Below are positions 17,645-26,854 of a stretch of 64,000 bases of DNA, in pieces (position 1 is the first letter of the stretch; each line of letters opens with the position of its first letter). This DNA is from a virus: the UHGV virus genome UHGV-0072281, one strand, 5' to 3'. Position numbers and translations under genes: made by a program. The notes beneath the pieces are model-generated. The model saw only the letters and a list, made by a program, of their open reading frames with translations, searched no databases and was not told the DNA's origin.

Positions 17645-18169
17645 GTGGATATTTTAATTCAACTTCGTAAGAAAACAACCGTCGTTACACCGATTGGGTT
17701 AGAGGAGAAAATCTCTGGCGCGGTTGCACGCAAGCTCTGTGGTGCTCACGGCTTTAGCAGTCATCAGGAACAGGTCGTTACTGCCGCCACATTACACAAC
17801 TTACGACACACAGTACATTACTGTCTAGTTGACAATGTTACTATCACTATTGATGGCGACGCAACTGCTGACCAACTGCGTCGTGAAATTGACCACAAAA
17901 TCGGCGTTTATAAAAGACGTTTCGATCGCGCCTGCGCACGTTTAACTGACGACGAAGCACTATGGAAACGTTTGAAACTTGAAATTGAGTACGCGGCACA
18001 ACGTTACGGGATTGGCGGTACCGAACCGTTGCTGACTGAACAAGAAATCATGTTAGCAATTGAAGTTTACATCACCGTTTGTCTCGCTATCCTGAAAGAG
18101 ACCAACTACGAAATTACAAAAGCGTTGTTAAACACCGCAGATGGACTATCCCCAATTTTAGGACAGTAA
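17645..18169 (+). CDS. hypothetical protein (GTG start)
   Basis: 174-aa ORF with AAGGAG RBS. Confidence 0.5.
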   Translation: MDILIQLRKKTTVVTPIGLEEKISGAVARKLCGAHGFSSHQEQVVTAATLHNLRHTVHYCLVDNVTITIDGDATADQLRREIDHKIGVYKRRFDRACARLTDDEALWKRLKLEIEYAAQRYGIGGTEPLLTEQEIMLAIEVYITVCLAILKETNYEITKALLNTADGLSPILGQ

Positions 18170-18170
18170 A

Positions 18171-18656
18171 ATGAACGTAAACGCAATCATTAATCTTTCT
18201 AATAGCGATATTATCCACGAGTTTCTAAACCACTGCGATCGGACGGAACAATCTATCCGTAACATGTTGGCACCGAAAACTGTGGATGCTATCTGGATGG
18301 CTTCGCAAGTAGCGAGTGTTGTTGCGGGCAGATATCGCGTATCCTTAGTGATGTGTCTGGACAATTTCTTCAACCAACCGGGACGTATTACCCAGACAGG
18401 TATCGGTAGAAGACTTTATGATGTTCGCATCGGAGCTTTCCATTCGATGATCACCGACTGGCACAACGGATACATGCCTGGTGCAATTATACCGTATACC
18501 GAACCAGAATGGCGTCGCTTTTATAGCCAAATCTTGGGTAATGAAAGCACGATTCATGAGATGATGACTATTATCAGTGCTGACCAAAGCCAACTTGCAT
18601 ACCAGCTATGGGAGTGGCTAAAAGCTAATTATCCTGATTACGTCAAAATCGACTAA
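18171..18656 (+). CDS. hypothetical protein
   Basis: 161-aa ORF; terminator follows. Confidence 0.5.
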   Translation: MNVNAIINLSNSDIIHEFLNHCDRTEQSIRNMLAPKTVDAIWMASQVASVVAGRYRVSLVMCLDNFFNQPGRITQTGIGRRLYDVRIGAFHSMITDWHNGYMPGAIIPYTEPEWRRFYSQILGNESTIHEMMTIISADQSQLAYQLWEWLKANYPDYVKID

Positions 18657-18662
18657 TACACA

Positions 18663-18694
18663 CCCTAGCTTCGGCTAGGGTTACTTTATATTTA
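18663..18694 (+). terminator. rho-independent terminator (ccctagc ttcg gctaggg + T-rich)
   Basis: 7-bp stem, TTCG loop. Confidence 0.55.
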
Positions 18695-18715
18695 ACCATT
18701 TTAGGAGAATATACC

Positions 18716-19648
18716 ATGTATTTGTACAAAAGTAAAAAAGTAAAAGGTATTAAAGACTGCCTTAGACAAATGGGGAGTCAGCATCTAGAAAATGTCATGG
18801 AAGAAAATCAAACAAAAGAAAATCCTGTCTCGAAATGGATAAAAAAGAATCGTAATCATCTAACCAATAGCTTTATACCGTATAATGAAGATTTAGGTCT
18901 CAAAGATCCACGTTCCCTTCACGCTCAAACATTGGCAATTGGATGGCTATACGGTGGTTCTTCCTTAATATCCGATCGAGCACTTAGAGAACTTGTTTTT
19001 GAGACTGAGATGCCCAGTAAATTCCCTGAAGAGTGGTTAGACTTTATACCTACTTGGACTGTAGCAATCGATGTAGGTAAAGAAGATGAGACTTTCTTTC
19101 TCGGCTATCGAAAAAATGGGAAGAGAAGGTTTATTATAATTGCTACAAATACTGATTACGGGTTAACAGAAGGCGTTACCACGATTGCCACTTGTTCGTT
19201 AGAGCTTCGTAGTGCAGGAAACGGACTTGTGGAAATCGACTATGCCGACGGTGTGGAGAACGAACAAGAAAAGATGCTATGGTTATCTCTGGCCAAAGCC
19301 GCCACATCGATGATATTTCTGTGCACCCTAATCCCACCTAATCTCAAAGCGTCTTACAATGACGTTAAGTTCAAAGAAATCAAAAAGAACGGCAGTATTA
19401 GCTACGAAGTCAAACCACGTGAACGTGATGTTAAAGTGGATATCACACCAGGACAAGTAAAATATCTGAAAGGATTCAACACCGACTTGAAAGCCATGCA
19501 AGGTATCAAACACGCTAAAGCTGCGCACATTCGTCGTGCCCACTGGCGTAGATACTGGGTTGGCCCAAGAAACGGTGAAAGAAAAAGAAAACTTTGCTGG
19601 ATTCCACCGACATTTGTTCGCGGCTACGTACCCCACACGCAAGACTAG
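18716..19648 (+). CDS. hypothetical protein, paralog family B, conserved basic C-terminal HIRRAHWRR motif
   Basis: C-terminus KAAHIRRAHWRRYWVGP...W.PP.F; internal LGWLYGG..ISD segment shared with next gene. Confidence 0.55.
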   Translation: MYLYKSKKVKGIKDCLRQMGSQHLENVMEENQTKENPVSKWIKKNRNHLTNSFIPYNEDLGLKDPRSLHAQTLAIGWLYGGSSLISDRALRELVFETEMPSKFPEEWLDFIPTWTVAIDVGKEDETFFLGYRKNGKRRFIIIATNTDYGLTEGVTTIATCSLELRSAGNGLVEIDYADGVENEQEKMLWLSLAKAATSMIFLCTLIPPNLKASYNDVKFKEIKKNGSISYEVKPRERDVKVDITPGQVKYLKGFNTDLKAMQGIKHAKAAHIRRAHWRRYWVGPRNGERKRKLCWIPPTFVRGYVPHTQD

Positions 19649-19658
19649 GAGAATTATA

Positions 19659-20543
19659 ATGTTAAGACGCAGAATTTATGGAGACACGCTTCGACGTATT
19701 AGTGAAGCTATAGAGACTGCACACAAAGACTTGTTTGGTCTGAAAGAAGATCGTTTTCTAACGTTTGTCAGGGAACACAAGAGGCAACTTCCCGTAACCT
19801 TTCTGCCCGTTAACGACCCAACGTACCGTGTGTTCGGCACCACCAAACAGGTGCCGTATTCTATCCGTCAATCGTTAGGTTTGGGCTGGCAATACGCAGG
19901 TATTGAAATTATCTCTGATAACGAGTTGATGGCGTTACTTGCAGACACTGAACGTTTAACGGATATTCCGTACGCGTGGATTGAAGCCATCCCTTCGTTC
20001 ACCTTTTCCGTGACTGTCAAGATTAACGAACTTCCTGCTACACTCTTTATCGGTCGTCGTAAATTCGAAGGTGAAGAAGTATTGTTCGTTTTACGATGGG
20101 TGGAGATAAATCAGCGGCACTGTTGGACAACCAAGATTTATCGGTTCAACAGAAAGGCAGATGACTTTGTTAGTTTAGAGCCTTACTTTGCTAACGAGTC
20201 AAAGGACGAGGAACTTCTGGATGAGGTACATATCGGTTTATATCTTTCCTCGCGGGTGAAGAAATCAGAACGCGAGCGACGGGAATACCGTGGTAGAACG
20301 ACACGTTACGTACCTGATACAGAAATCCTTCCACGCAGAGAACCTGTCGTTGTTGACGTAAGTCCAGTACAACGCGAAGACTTAGAGAAACAACGCAGGG
20401 AAGGCAGGAGAATCTGTTTAACGCCGCATCGCGCAGCACACATACGCAGGGCACATTGGAAACGGGTCTGGTGTGGGCCAATGACAGGCCCACGCTGGCA
20501 GGAGTGGCGATGGATTGCACCCGCCTTTATTTCCGGATTTTAG
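19659..20543 (+). CDS. hypothetical protein, paralog family B
   Basis: C-terminus RAAHIRRAHWKRVWCGP...W.AP.F; start moved to internal ATG 19659 with AGGAG RBS (track start 19536 overlaps upstream gene). Confidence 0.55.
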   Translation: MLRRRIYGDTLRRISEAIETAHKDLFGLKEDRFLTFVREHKRQLPVTFLPVNDPTYRVFGTTKQVPYSIRQSLGLGWQYAGIEIISDNELMALLADTERLTDIPYAWIEAIPSFTFSVTVKINELPATLFIGRRKFEGEEVLFVLRWVEINQRHCWTTKIYRFNRKADDFVSLEPYFANESKDEELLDEVHIGLYLSSRVKKSERERREYRGRTTRYVPDTEILPRREPVVVDVSPVQREDLEKQRREGRRICLTPHRAAHIRRAHWKRVWCGPMTGPRWQEWRWIAPAFISGF

Positions 20544-20560
20544 CGTGAAAATAAAGATTA

Positions 20561-20607
20561 CCCCTAGACCTTGTGGTCTAGGGGTAGCTTTTACTTTTTA
20601 TTTTTTG
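20561..20607. terminator. bidirectional terminator (cccctagacc ttgt ggtctagggg + T-run) between convergent genes
   Basis: perfect 10-bp stem; T-run overlaps stop of minus gene. Confidence 0.6.
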
Positions 20608-21353
20608 TTTGCCTTCAGAGCTTTCAGGCGTTCAGCCGTCACGTTCAGACATTCAATCAATTCGTTCACCTGTTTCATGAACAAACCAAACAGTTCAACC
20701 CAATCGGATGCAAAGTCTAACATCGCTGTCAGTTCTTTTGCCACGTTAGGATGAATGTTTTGTTCAGACAGAATCGTTGCAGAGGCTTTAATAGACTCGA
20801 TGGATTTGTCGATGTTCGTACGAAGTTTCTTCGTGATTTCAACGTTCAGTGCTTTTGCGCGGTTAAACGCAATATCGATCTCCGTAGCACTGTGGTACGT
20901 TTTCTCAATCGGGCGCTGGTCAATAACGTTGTTGGTGTAAGACTTAGCCAACTGGTTAACCAGGTCTTTCGGATTCACGTTACGTAACGGAATGTTAACG
21001 TTTTTATAACGGAAACCGATAGGTAATGACAGTACGCCCACATCATGTGTAAGGGCGGAAAGTTGCAACTCAACAGGTAAAAGGACACCGTCGTAGATCT
21101 TCTGTAGGGAACTCCACACCGATTCTAAGCGGTTAATGTGATCCATTACATAGGTATTGAAGCCTGGCGGTACAATAACCAACATGCCTGCAAAGTGTAA
21201 GAATTTTTCCTGTTGCATCCACTTGGAAACGTCTGACATGTCGTCGTAAGTGGTTAATGCAATCTCTTGTTGAGGGCCACTGAACCCTTTGGGTAAGATT
21301 GCAGACGCTTTAGCGGCAAAGCTAGTTAACGCTGCAAGTGGATTTACGTTCAT
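20598..21353 (-). CDS. hypothetical protein
   Basis: 251-aa minus-strand ORF, divergent from the recombinase operon. Confidence 0.5.
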   Translation of the reverse strand: MNVNPLAALTSFAAKASAILPKGFSGPQQEIALTTYDDMSDVSKWMQQEKFLHFAGMLVIVPPGFNTYVMDHINRLESVWSSLQKIYDGVLLPVELQLSALTHDVGVLSLPIGFRYKNVNIPLRNVNPKDLVNQLAKSYTNNVIDQRPIEKTYHSATEIDIAFNRAKALNVEITKKLRTNIDKSIESIKASATILSEQNIHPNVAKELTAMLDFASDWVELFGLFMKQVNELIECLNVTAERLKALKANKK

Positions 21354-21450
21354 TTAAAACCTCGGATTATAAGTCAGGGTTACATAGTAAAGTCTTTTTA
21401 CAGTTCATCCTGAACTTATGACCGAGATTATCTCACAAAGGTAAAGCTCG

Positions 21451-21750
21451 ATGAAAATCAAATTACTGACTCGAAACACCACGCCTCGTCTGGAACCGGA
21501 AATCTATCTTACCCCGGTGAAAAAAGACAAAGAAGGTAAGCCTATTCAAGTAGGTAAGATTCTTAGCGTGACCTCTTTACCTAACGGTAAGCGCGTGATG
21601 GAATTAGAAATCGACGAGCGCAACAAACGTCGTTTCGAGTCTATTGAGAACCCCTATCCTGAAAAATCGGAAGAAGTCACCGAGTGGGCAGAGACCTACT
21701 TTGAATTCTGGCACAAACGTCGCCTTCTTCTTCCGACCAAGAATCGTTAA
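21451..21750 (+). CDS. hypothetical small protein
   Basis: 99-aa ORF preceding the recombinase. Confidence 0.45.
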   Translation: MKIKLLTRNTTPRLEPEIYLTPVKKDKEGKPIQVGKILSVTSLPNGKRVMELEIDERNKRRFESIENPYPEKSEEVTEWAETYFEFWHKRRLLLPTKNR

Positions 21751-21765
21751 TTATTGGAGCGCTAA

Positions 21766-23262
21766 ATGGCAGGCCCAACTAAGCAAGTTATCGGTGAAGT
21801 AATTCGTCCTCGTTTTAACGTTTATACCATCATGGACCACGCCTTAGGCAACTACGAAAGAGGCGAAGATGGTTTATACTACCTTAACGGTGGTTTTGCC
21901 CACATCATGGGTTTCGCGGGTCGTGGTAACACCTTCAAATCCACACTGTTGGATTTCTGTATCTTCCAAATCCTGCAACGCTATAAAGCAGAGTGGGGTT
22001 CGAAATACGATACCGAAGTGTCTGCTGCCCTCGATCGCTTAGAGACCGGTTATATTTCTGCCATGCACGCCAACGGTATTGACGATGGAACTTCGGTACT
22101 GGAACTTATTCACGAAGGTCGTTATAACCTCGTTGGTTCTGACGTGATGCCCGGGGAACAGTATTACAGTGACTATATTCGTGATGAAGTGGAAAAACGC
22201 TTCAAGCAGTATATGTCTGGTAAAACGCGTGTAACGCCGTTCCTTGACCCGGTTCGTCGTAAGCAAAAAGAAATCCTTGACCCGTGGCTGTATTCTATCG
22301 ACTCCCTGTCGGAGTGGCACTCGTCTTCTCTGGAAGACAAGCACGCTAAAACGGATATCGGTGATTCCGATCAGAACATCCTCAACGCCCACGACGCCTT
22401 ACAGAAATCGAACATGATGAGCCGTTGGCCGTCTGCGTTTGCCCGTGGTGGTTTCTACATGGGCTTTGTTGCACAGATGGCCGATGACTCCGGTAAGGCG
22501 ATGGCGGGCGGTCGTCAAGGGCAGAAAGCAAACGCGAAACTGCTGGACGATGCGAACGACGATCTCAAATTCGCAGGGATTCCTCGTCGTCAGTTAAGCT
22601 TCCTGACTAACTCGTTTATTGTTGCGACAAAATCAGGCGAGCTGAAAAAAGACCAGAGTTATAACGCCCAGACCGGTGTTAACGAAGAACTTTACCCAAC
22701 CGCACGTTCAAAAGCCATGAACGCATCGGTTAACGACCTGAAAGTTATCACCTTTACGCAGTACCGTGCTAAAGGTGGACACACGGGTGTGAAGTTCCAG
22801 ATGATCTTCTCGCAAGAGATGGGTCTACTGTACCACCTGAGCCTGTGGCATTACCTGAGTGACACTCTGAAAAAATCCGAATTTGGATTTACATCCAGCG
22901 GTAGCGGTGGTTCCATTAAAGAACTCCAGATTCTTCCTGGAGTTAAATTCCAGCGTACGACGATTCGCGACATGATCGACGATAACCCGAAACTGCGTCG
23001 GGCGTTAGAAATCACGGCCGCGATTGCGTACATGCAGAACAACTACCATCGTTTAGAGGTTAAATACCACCTCACGATGGAAGAAATCTACAAACTCATT
23101 GATGAAAAATGGGATTGGAATGAGATTCTGGAGAACACCGTAGAATACTGGATGTTTAAAGACCAAGAAACGAAAGGTGGTAAACGCACGTTAACTGCCC
23201 GTACGATTCTGGGTATGGTCGTGGACGGCCTGGAACCGAAGTTCCTCACCAAAAAGAAATAA
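21766..23262 (+). CDS. UvsX/RecA-like recombinase (divergent)
   Basis: unusual P-loop FAGRGNTFKS parallels T4 UvsX AGPSKSFKS (recalled); Walker-B-like LYSIDSLS; DIGDSD and AMAGGRQ parallel RecA EIGDSHMG and UvsX MGGGTG. Confidence 0.6.
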   Translation: MAGPTKQVIGEVIRPRFNVYTIMDHALGNYERGEDGLYYLNGGFAHIMGFAGRGNTFKSTLLDFCIFQILQRYKAEWGSKYDTEVSAALDRLETGYISAMHANGIDDGTSVLELIHEGRYNLVGSDVMPGEQYYSDYIRDEVEKRFKQYMSGKTRVTPFLDPVRRKQKEILDPWLYSIDSLSEWHSSSLEDKHAKTDIGDSDQNILNAHDALQKSNMMSRWPSAFARGGFYMGFVAQMADDSGKAMAGGRQGQKANAKLLDDANDDLKFAGIPRRQLSFLTNSFIVATKSGELKKDQSYNAQTGVNEELYPTARSKAMNASVNDLKVITFTQYRAKGGHTGVKFQMIFSQEMGLLYHLSLWHYLSDTLKKSEFGFTSSGSGGSIKELQILPGVKFQRTTIRDMIDDNPKLRRALEITAAIAYMQNNYHRLEVKYHLTMEEIYKLIDEKWDWNEILENTVEYWMFKDQETKGGKRTLTARTILGMVVDGLEPKFLTKKK

Positions 23263-23270
23263 AAGCGTTA

Positions 23271-23291
23271 GGGTAGGGGATTACCCTACCC
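23271..23291 (+). other. intergenic stem-loop (gggtaggg gatta ccctaccc) without U-tract, directly before RBS
   Basis: read from sequence; may be processing/stability element or weak terminator. Confidence 0.3.
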
Positions 23292-23307
23292 TAGCTAAGG
23301 AGTCGTT

Positions 23308-23607
23308 ATGCGTTATCAAACGGAGATTGTGGAGCGCTTAAGCGAAGGTTTAGCCAGCGTCAGTCTGGAAACAGCAGCGGCATTTCGTGAGACTTTCGCT
23401 ACTTTCTTTCCCGATCGTGAATCTTTTTGTTTAAAGGTCGGTGAATATTATTCCAAGTTACTCGAACACTACGGTTACCCGCCGGTGAAATTCGACGTAC
23501 CTGAAAACACCGACGACATCAGTTATTGGATTGAAACCCTCGAAGCAGGGACACTTTCCAACTTGCGTAAGGCGGTAGAAAATGAAACTCGATCCAGCGC
23601 GGCGTAA
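23308..23607 (+). CDS. hypothetical small protein
   Basis: 99-aa ORF with AAGGAG RBS. Confidence 0.5.
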   Translation: MRYQTEIVERLSEGLASVSLETAAAFRETFATFFPDRESFCLKVGEYYSKLLEHYGYPPVKFDVPENTDDISYWIETLEAGTLSNLRKAVENETRSSAA

Positions 23608-24250
23608 AAAAGCAGAAGCTTACGCCTTACAAATCTTAAACCTGGTTGACCCCTCTGGGATTAACGCAGAGGCAGCAAAGAAAGCTTTTGCTCGAATGAC
23701 AGACGAACAGTTTAATCGTCTTCGTGAAGGGCTACCGATTTACAACCCGGTTGGCAGTAAAGTTAAAATAGACCACATGCGAAACGTTGAGCTATGTCGC
23801 GTTTTAGGTCTGAACCTGGAACAGCGGTTGTGGTTAACTGAGCCGAAAACGGGTGTTTTCCATCGTACCCGCTACCCACATCTGGTATTGCGCTTGCCTG
23901 CGCGTCGACAAACGCAGATGCAAGAAAAGAAAATGGCAGTAGCGAAGAACGACAAAGTTCGTGATAAACTCTCCGGTCAGGTTGTGGGTCCTTCTAAAGC
24001 ATCAGGTGTATCTTTCCCAGAAGCGTACATCATGTACTCGGATGGCCACGACTGGACACTGAAAGAGTTTCTGTGGGCGCGTGGGGGTAACGAAGCGTTA
24101 CAACGTGCGTTCTATCAATCGTTACGTCAAACCGGTAAGGGACGTATTGACCTACCAGGGGCAGAACGTACCAGTTCAAAAGCAACACGTACCTGGTCTG
24201 CGTATCTGAAAGCGATGCACATTGGTAACAACATAGGCCATCCGTCATGA
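23582..24250 (+). CDS. hypothetical protein
   Basis: 222-aa ORF, overlaps upstream by 26 nt. Confidence 0.45.
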   Translation: MKLDPARRKKAEAYALQILNLVDPSGINAEAAKKAFARMTDEQFNRLREGLPIYNPVGSKVKIDHMRNVELCRVLGLNLEQRLWLTEPKTGVFHRTRYPHLVLRLPARRQTQMQEKKMAVAKNDKVRDKLSGQVVGPSKASGVSFPEAYIMYSDGHDWTLKEFLWARGGNEALQRAFYQSLRQTGKGRIDLPGAERTSSKATRTWSAYLKAMHIGNNIGHPS

Positions 24251-24969
24251 GATTTTCTCGACGTTTTTTGATTGATATCGATGCGTTGTTTGACACCCGA
24301 ATCGGTTGGGTCAAAGCCATCAAACCTGAAAGATTGGAAATTATGGATTACGACGTTTATCGTCGTCGTTTTACGGAGGAATGGGCGACTGTCTTGGGGT
24401 TTGAGAATTGGAAAGAGGAGTATCAGAAACGCGATAAACGCGCGTTGATGAATGCGGAACCCACCGAACTGTTGTTGACGATGAAGAACGAATTCGAATG
24501 TATGTTACTCGAAATCGAGATGCATTCGCCTATCGAAAAACCGACACTGACGATCAACACCTGGCCGTATACTGACCTTACTGACCAAGAAATGCAAACG
24601 TTCTTGCAGATGTTCCGTATCTATTACGATATGGTGCAGGTTGAGTTAGTGTCGTGGCCGCATTCGGAGCTTACGCCAGGTCGTTTAGCGACAGCTTGGG
24701 ATTGTTGGATAATGTACGATTGGTTCGAGTGGATTGAACTCAATGCGAAACATCTGAAAAAGCCTATCCCTAGCTTTACCATTACGCACCCTGCCCTGCT
24801 AACGCCGGAACTTACAAAAGAGACGGTAGAGCAGCTTAAACGCGATGGTGTGAATCCGTTCAAGGAACACATCCGGTTTATGGCAGAGTGGGTCGGTGTC
24901 GACCCACGTGATTCTGCGTTATTTAGTCTGGCTCGTCCGAAGAAGGACGCGCAAACGCCGCAGTCATAA
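24247..24969 (+). CDS. hypothetical protein
   Basis: 240-aa ORF, ATGA coupling. Confidence 0.5.
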   Translation: MRFSRRFLIDIDALFDTRIGWVKAIKPERLEIMDYDVYRRRFTEEWATVLGFENWKEEYQKRDKRALMNAEPTELLLTMKNEFECMLLEIEMHSPIEKPTLTINTWPYTDLTDQEMQTFLQMFRIYYDMVQVELVSWPHSELTPGRLATAWDCWIMYDWFEWIELNAKHLKKPIPSFTITHPALLTPELTKETVEQLKRDGVNPFKEHIRFMAEWVGVDPRDSALFSLARPKKDAQTPQS

Positions 24970-25387
24970 TGGACTTCACGTCAATTTGTTCGCCAACCGG
25001 AGCCAACTCCCCTTCCGAGATTTCTACGTTAGGAATGTCTGGAAGGGTGGGTTGGTAACCATTATTTTCATCAGGTTCTTCGTCGTGACGTTTTATTTTC
25101 ACGTTACCGCGTTGCATCAGAATTGTATTCAGTGCGTTAGCCAAGTCTTGGTTCGCCTCACTGTTTTTCTGGGCAGCGGCAACACGTCGTTTAGAAATGA
25201 TCTGCTTATCTAGGTCGTTTAATAACGTCCCGATACGATCCACGGTCTTTAAGTCTTTGTGAGCATTAGGATCGTCTAAGATTAGATTGACAATTCTGAC
25301 ACGGGCTTGTTGCGTTTGGCGGAGAAGCGATTCTTCGTCGTCTACTTCACCATCTAACGCCTGGTATTTCACTTCTTCTTCAGCCAT
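24923..25387 (-). CDS. acidic hypothetical protein
   Basis: 154-aa ORF with strong GAGGTGG RBS on minus strand; 3' end overlaps convergent + gene by about 47 nt. Confidence 0.45.
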   Translation of the reverse strand: MAEEEVKYQALDGEVDDEESLLRQTQQARVRIVNLILDDPNAHKDLKTVDRIGTLLNDLDKQIISKRRVAAAQKNSEANQDLANALNTILMQRGNVKIKRHDEEPDENNGYQPTLPDIPNVEISEGELAPVGEQIDVKSIMTAAFARPSSDEPD

Positions 25388-25420
25388 TTAAAACCACCTC
25401 ATTTTCAAAAAGAAGTCAGA

Positions 25421-25430
25421 CAGATATTAT
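25421..25430 (+). promoter_or_regulatory. recurring motif CAGATATTAT (copy 3) in divergent intergenic region
   Basis: same core AGATATTAT as copies at 6849 and 16321. Confidence 0.2.
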
Positions 25431-25459
25431 TTACGTGAGACATTCTTTCGGAGTGAATT

Positions 25460-26008
25460 ATGTTTACAGGATTAATAACACGTTTTAAGAAACGTCTACA
25501 GCAAAAGCGTTTACAGGCTCTCAGAGAGTCTCTAAGGCAGGAGTTTCATAAGAACATCCATAACCCCTGCGCGAGAACGTTTAGCGGCTTACGGTTGCTT
25601 ACGTTGCCTATAAACGTAGATACCGAACCCTACCACCCCAGCTTACGTGGTAATCTCGAGTTACGTATCGCTAATCTCGATATTCTTTACCAACGTCTTG
25701 CTTTTTATATCAACGAATACCAACGCACGATTAATGGAACCTCTATCGAGTGGTTATCATTGCCAGAGTCGTTAAGTAAACAAAAAGACTCATCAGAAAA
25801 CCGCTGGTTAGACACTTATTTTGGGACGTCCAATCCGGCGGTTGCCTATTATAAGCTAACGCAGTTACTCGAGCTTATCGAACCTTACGAAGACATTTTC
25901 TTAAAGCCCAAGACCGATGAAGATCGGGCATTGGTAAATCACTGTGCACATTTGTTTCGTGAAATGGAGGTACTCATCGAACACTACCTTTTAAACCGAC
26001 CTGTTTAA
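25460..26008 (+). CDS. hypothetical protein
   Basis: 182-aa ORF. Confidence 0.5.
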   Translation: MFTGLITRFKKRLQQKRLQALRESLRQEFHKNIHNPCARTFSGLRLLTLPINVDTEPYHPSLRGNLELRIANLDILYQRLAFYINEYQRTINGTSIEWLSLPESLSKQKDSSENRWLDTYFGTSNPAVAYYKLTQLLELIEPYEDIFLKPKTDEDRALVNHCAHLFREMEVLIEHYLLNRPV

Positions 26009-26038
26009 TAATCAGTTAACCCCTTGTAACAAGGTGAA

Positions 26039-26854
26039 GTGATGGATAACGAAGCAAAAGCAAAACTGCAACGAGACGAAGAAGAACGTGCGGGTAAACC
26101 GTTGCAAAAACTTTACTGGGAATATAAAACTCAGATTGGGTGGGAACCTAAAGATTATAAGCTTGCAGTTGCAAGACACATCCTGTCCCCTGATTTCCGC
26201 ACACGTTCGAAGGCCGTTCTCGAAGATCGAGTACAACGCATCTCAACGAAACTTACCTCAGGTAACAACCGTGACTTACCAGTTGACCTTACGTGGCGAG
26301 GTTTCACGGAAGGGTTAGTGATTACCGGGGTGGAATCGTTGAGAATCTGTATAACGACTTACCGTGGACGTTTCCAGACAAAAACCATTTCTGAAGTTAC
26401 CACACGAGTGCGTGACGATCTTATCCGCTACGATTTTGAAGACTGTAACGAGAAACCGACTGCCAGTGCTAGTACGGAACTGAATCGTTTCTTCCGAGAT
26501 TGTGCGGGGACAGCAAAGACGATGGAGCACCCCCTTTCGAGACTCCTGTGGACAATCTTTGCGAATATCAAAATGACTTCGGATTGGTGGCATCGACTTT
26601 CAACGAACTATGTTAATAATCCAGAGAACTGTCTTCCTATCGCTTCTAAACGCAACGACATGCGGCACAATATGCAGCACAACATGCGACTGAAAAAGAA
26701 GCTGTCTTGGAAATGGTTTATGAGGATACTCAAGGCAATTGATGTGAAGAAATTCGATATTCTGTTGACGTTAAAACGCAAGAACGACAACAAGATTTAC
26801 GAAGTCGTTCACACGGTTGACCTCGAGGCTTATCAATTTCGGAGTACAGAATGA
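26039..26854 (+). CDS. hypothetical protein
   Basis: 271-aa ORF. Confidence 0.5.
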   Translation: MMDNEAKAKLQRDEEERAGKPLQKLYWEYKTQIGWEPKDYKLAVARHILSPDFRTRSKAVLEDRVQRISTKLTSGNNRDLPVDLTWRGFTEGLVITGVESLRICITTYRGRFQTKTISEVTTRVRDDLIRYDFEDCNEKPTASASTELNRFFRDCAGTAKTMEHPLSRLLWTIFANIKMTSDWWHRLSTNYVNNPENCLPIASKRNDMRHNMQHNMRLKKKLSWKWFMRILKAIDVKKFDILLTLKRKNDNKIYEVVHTVDLEAYQFRSTE

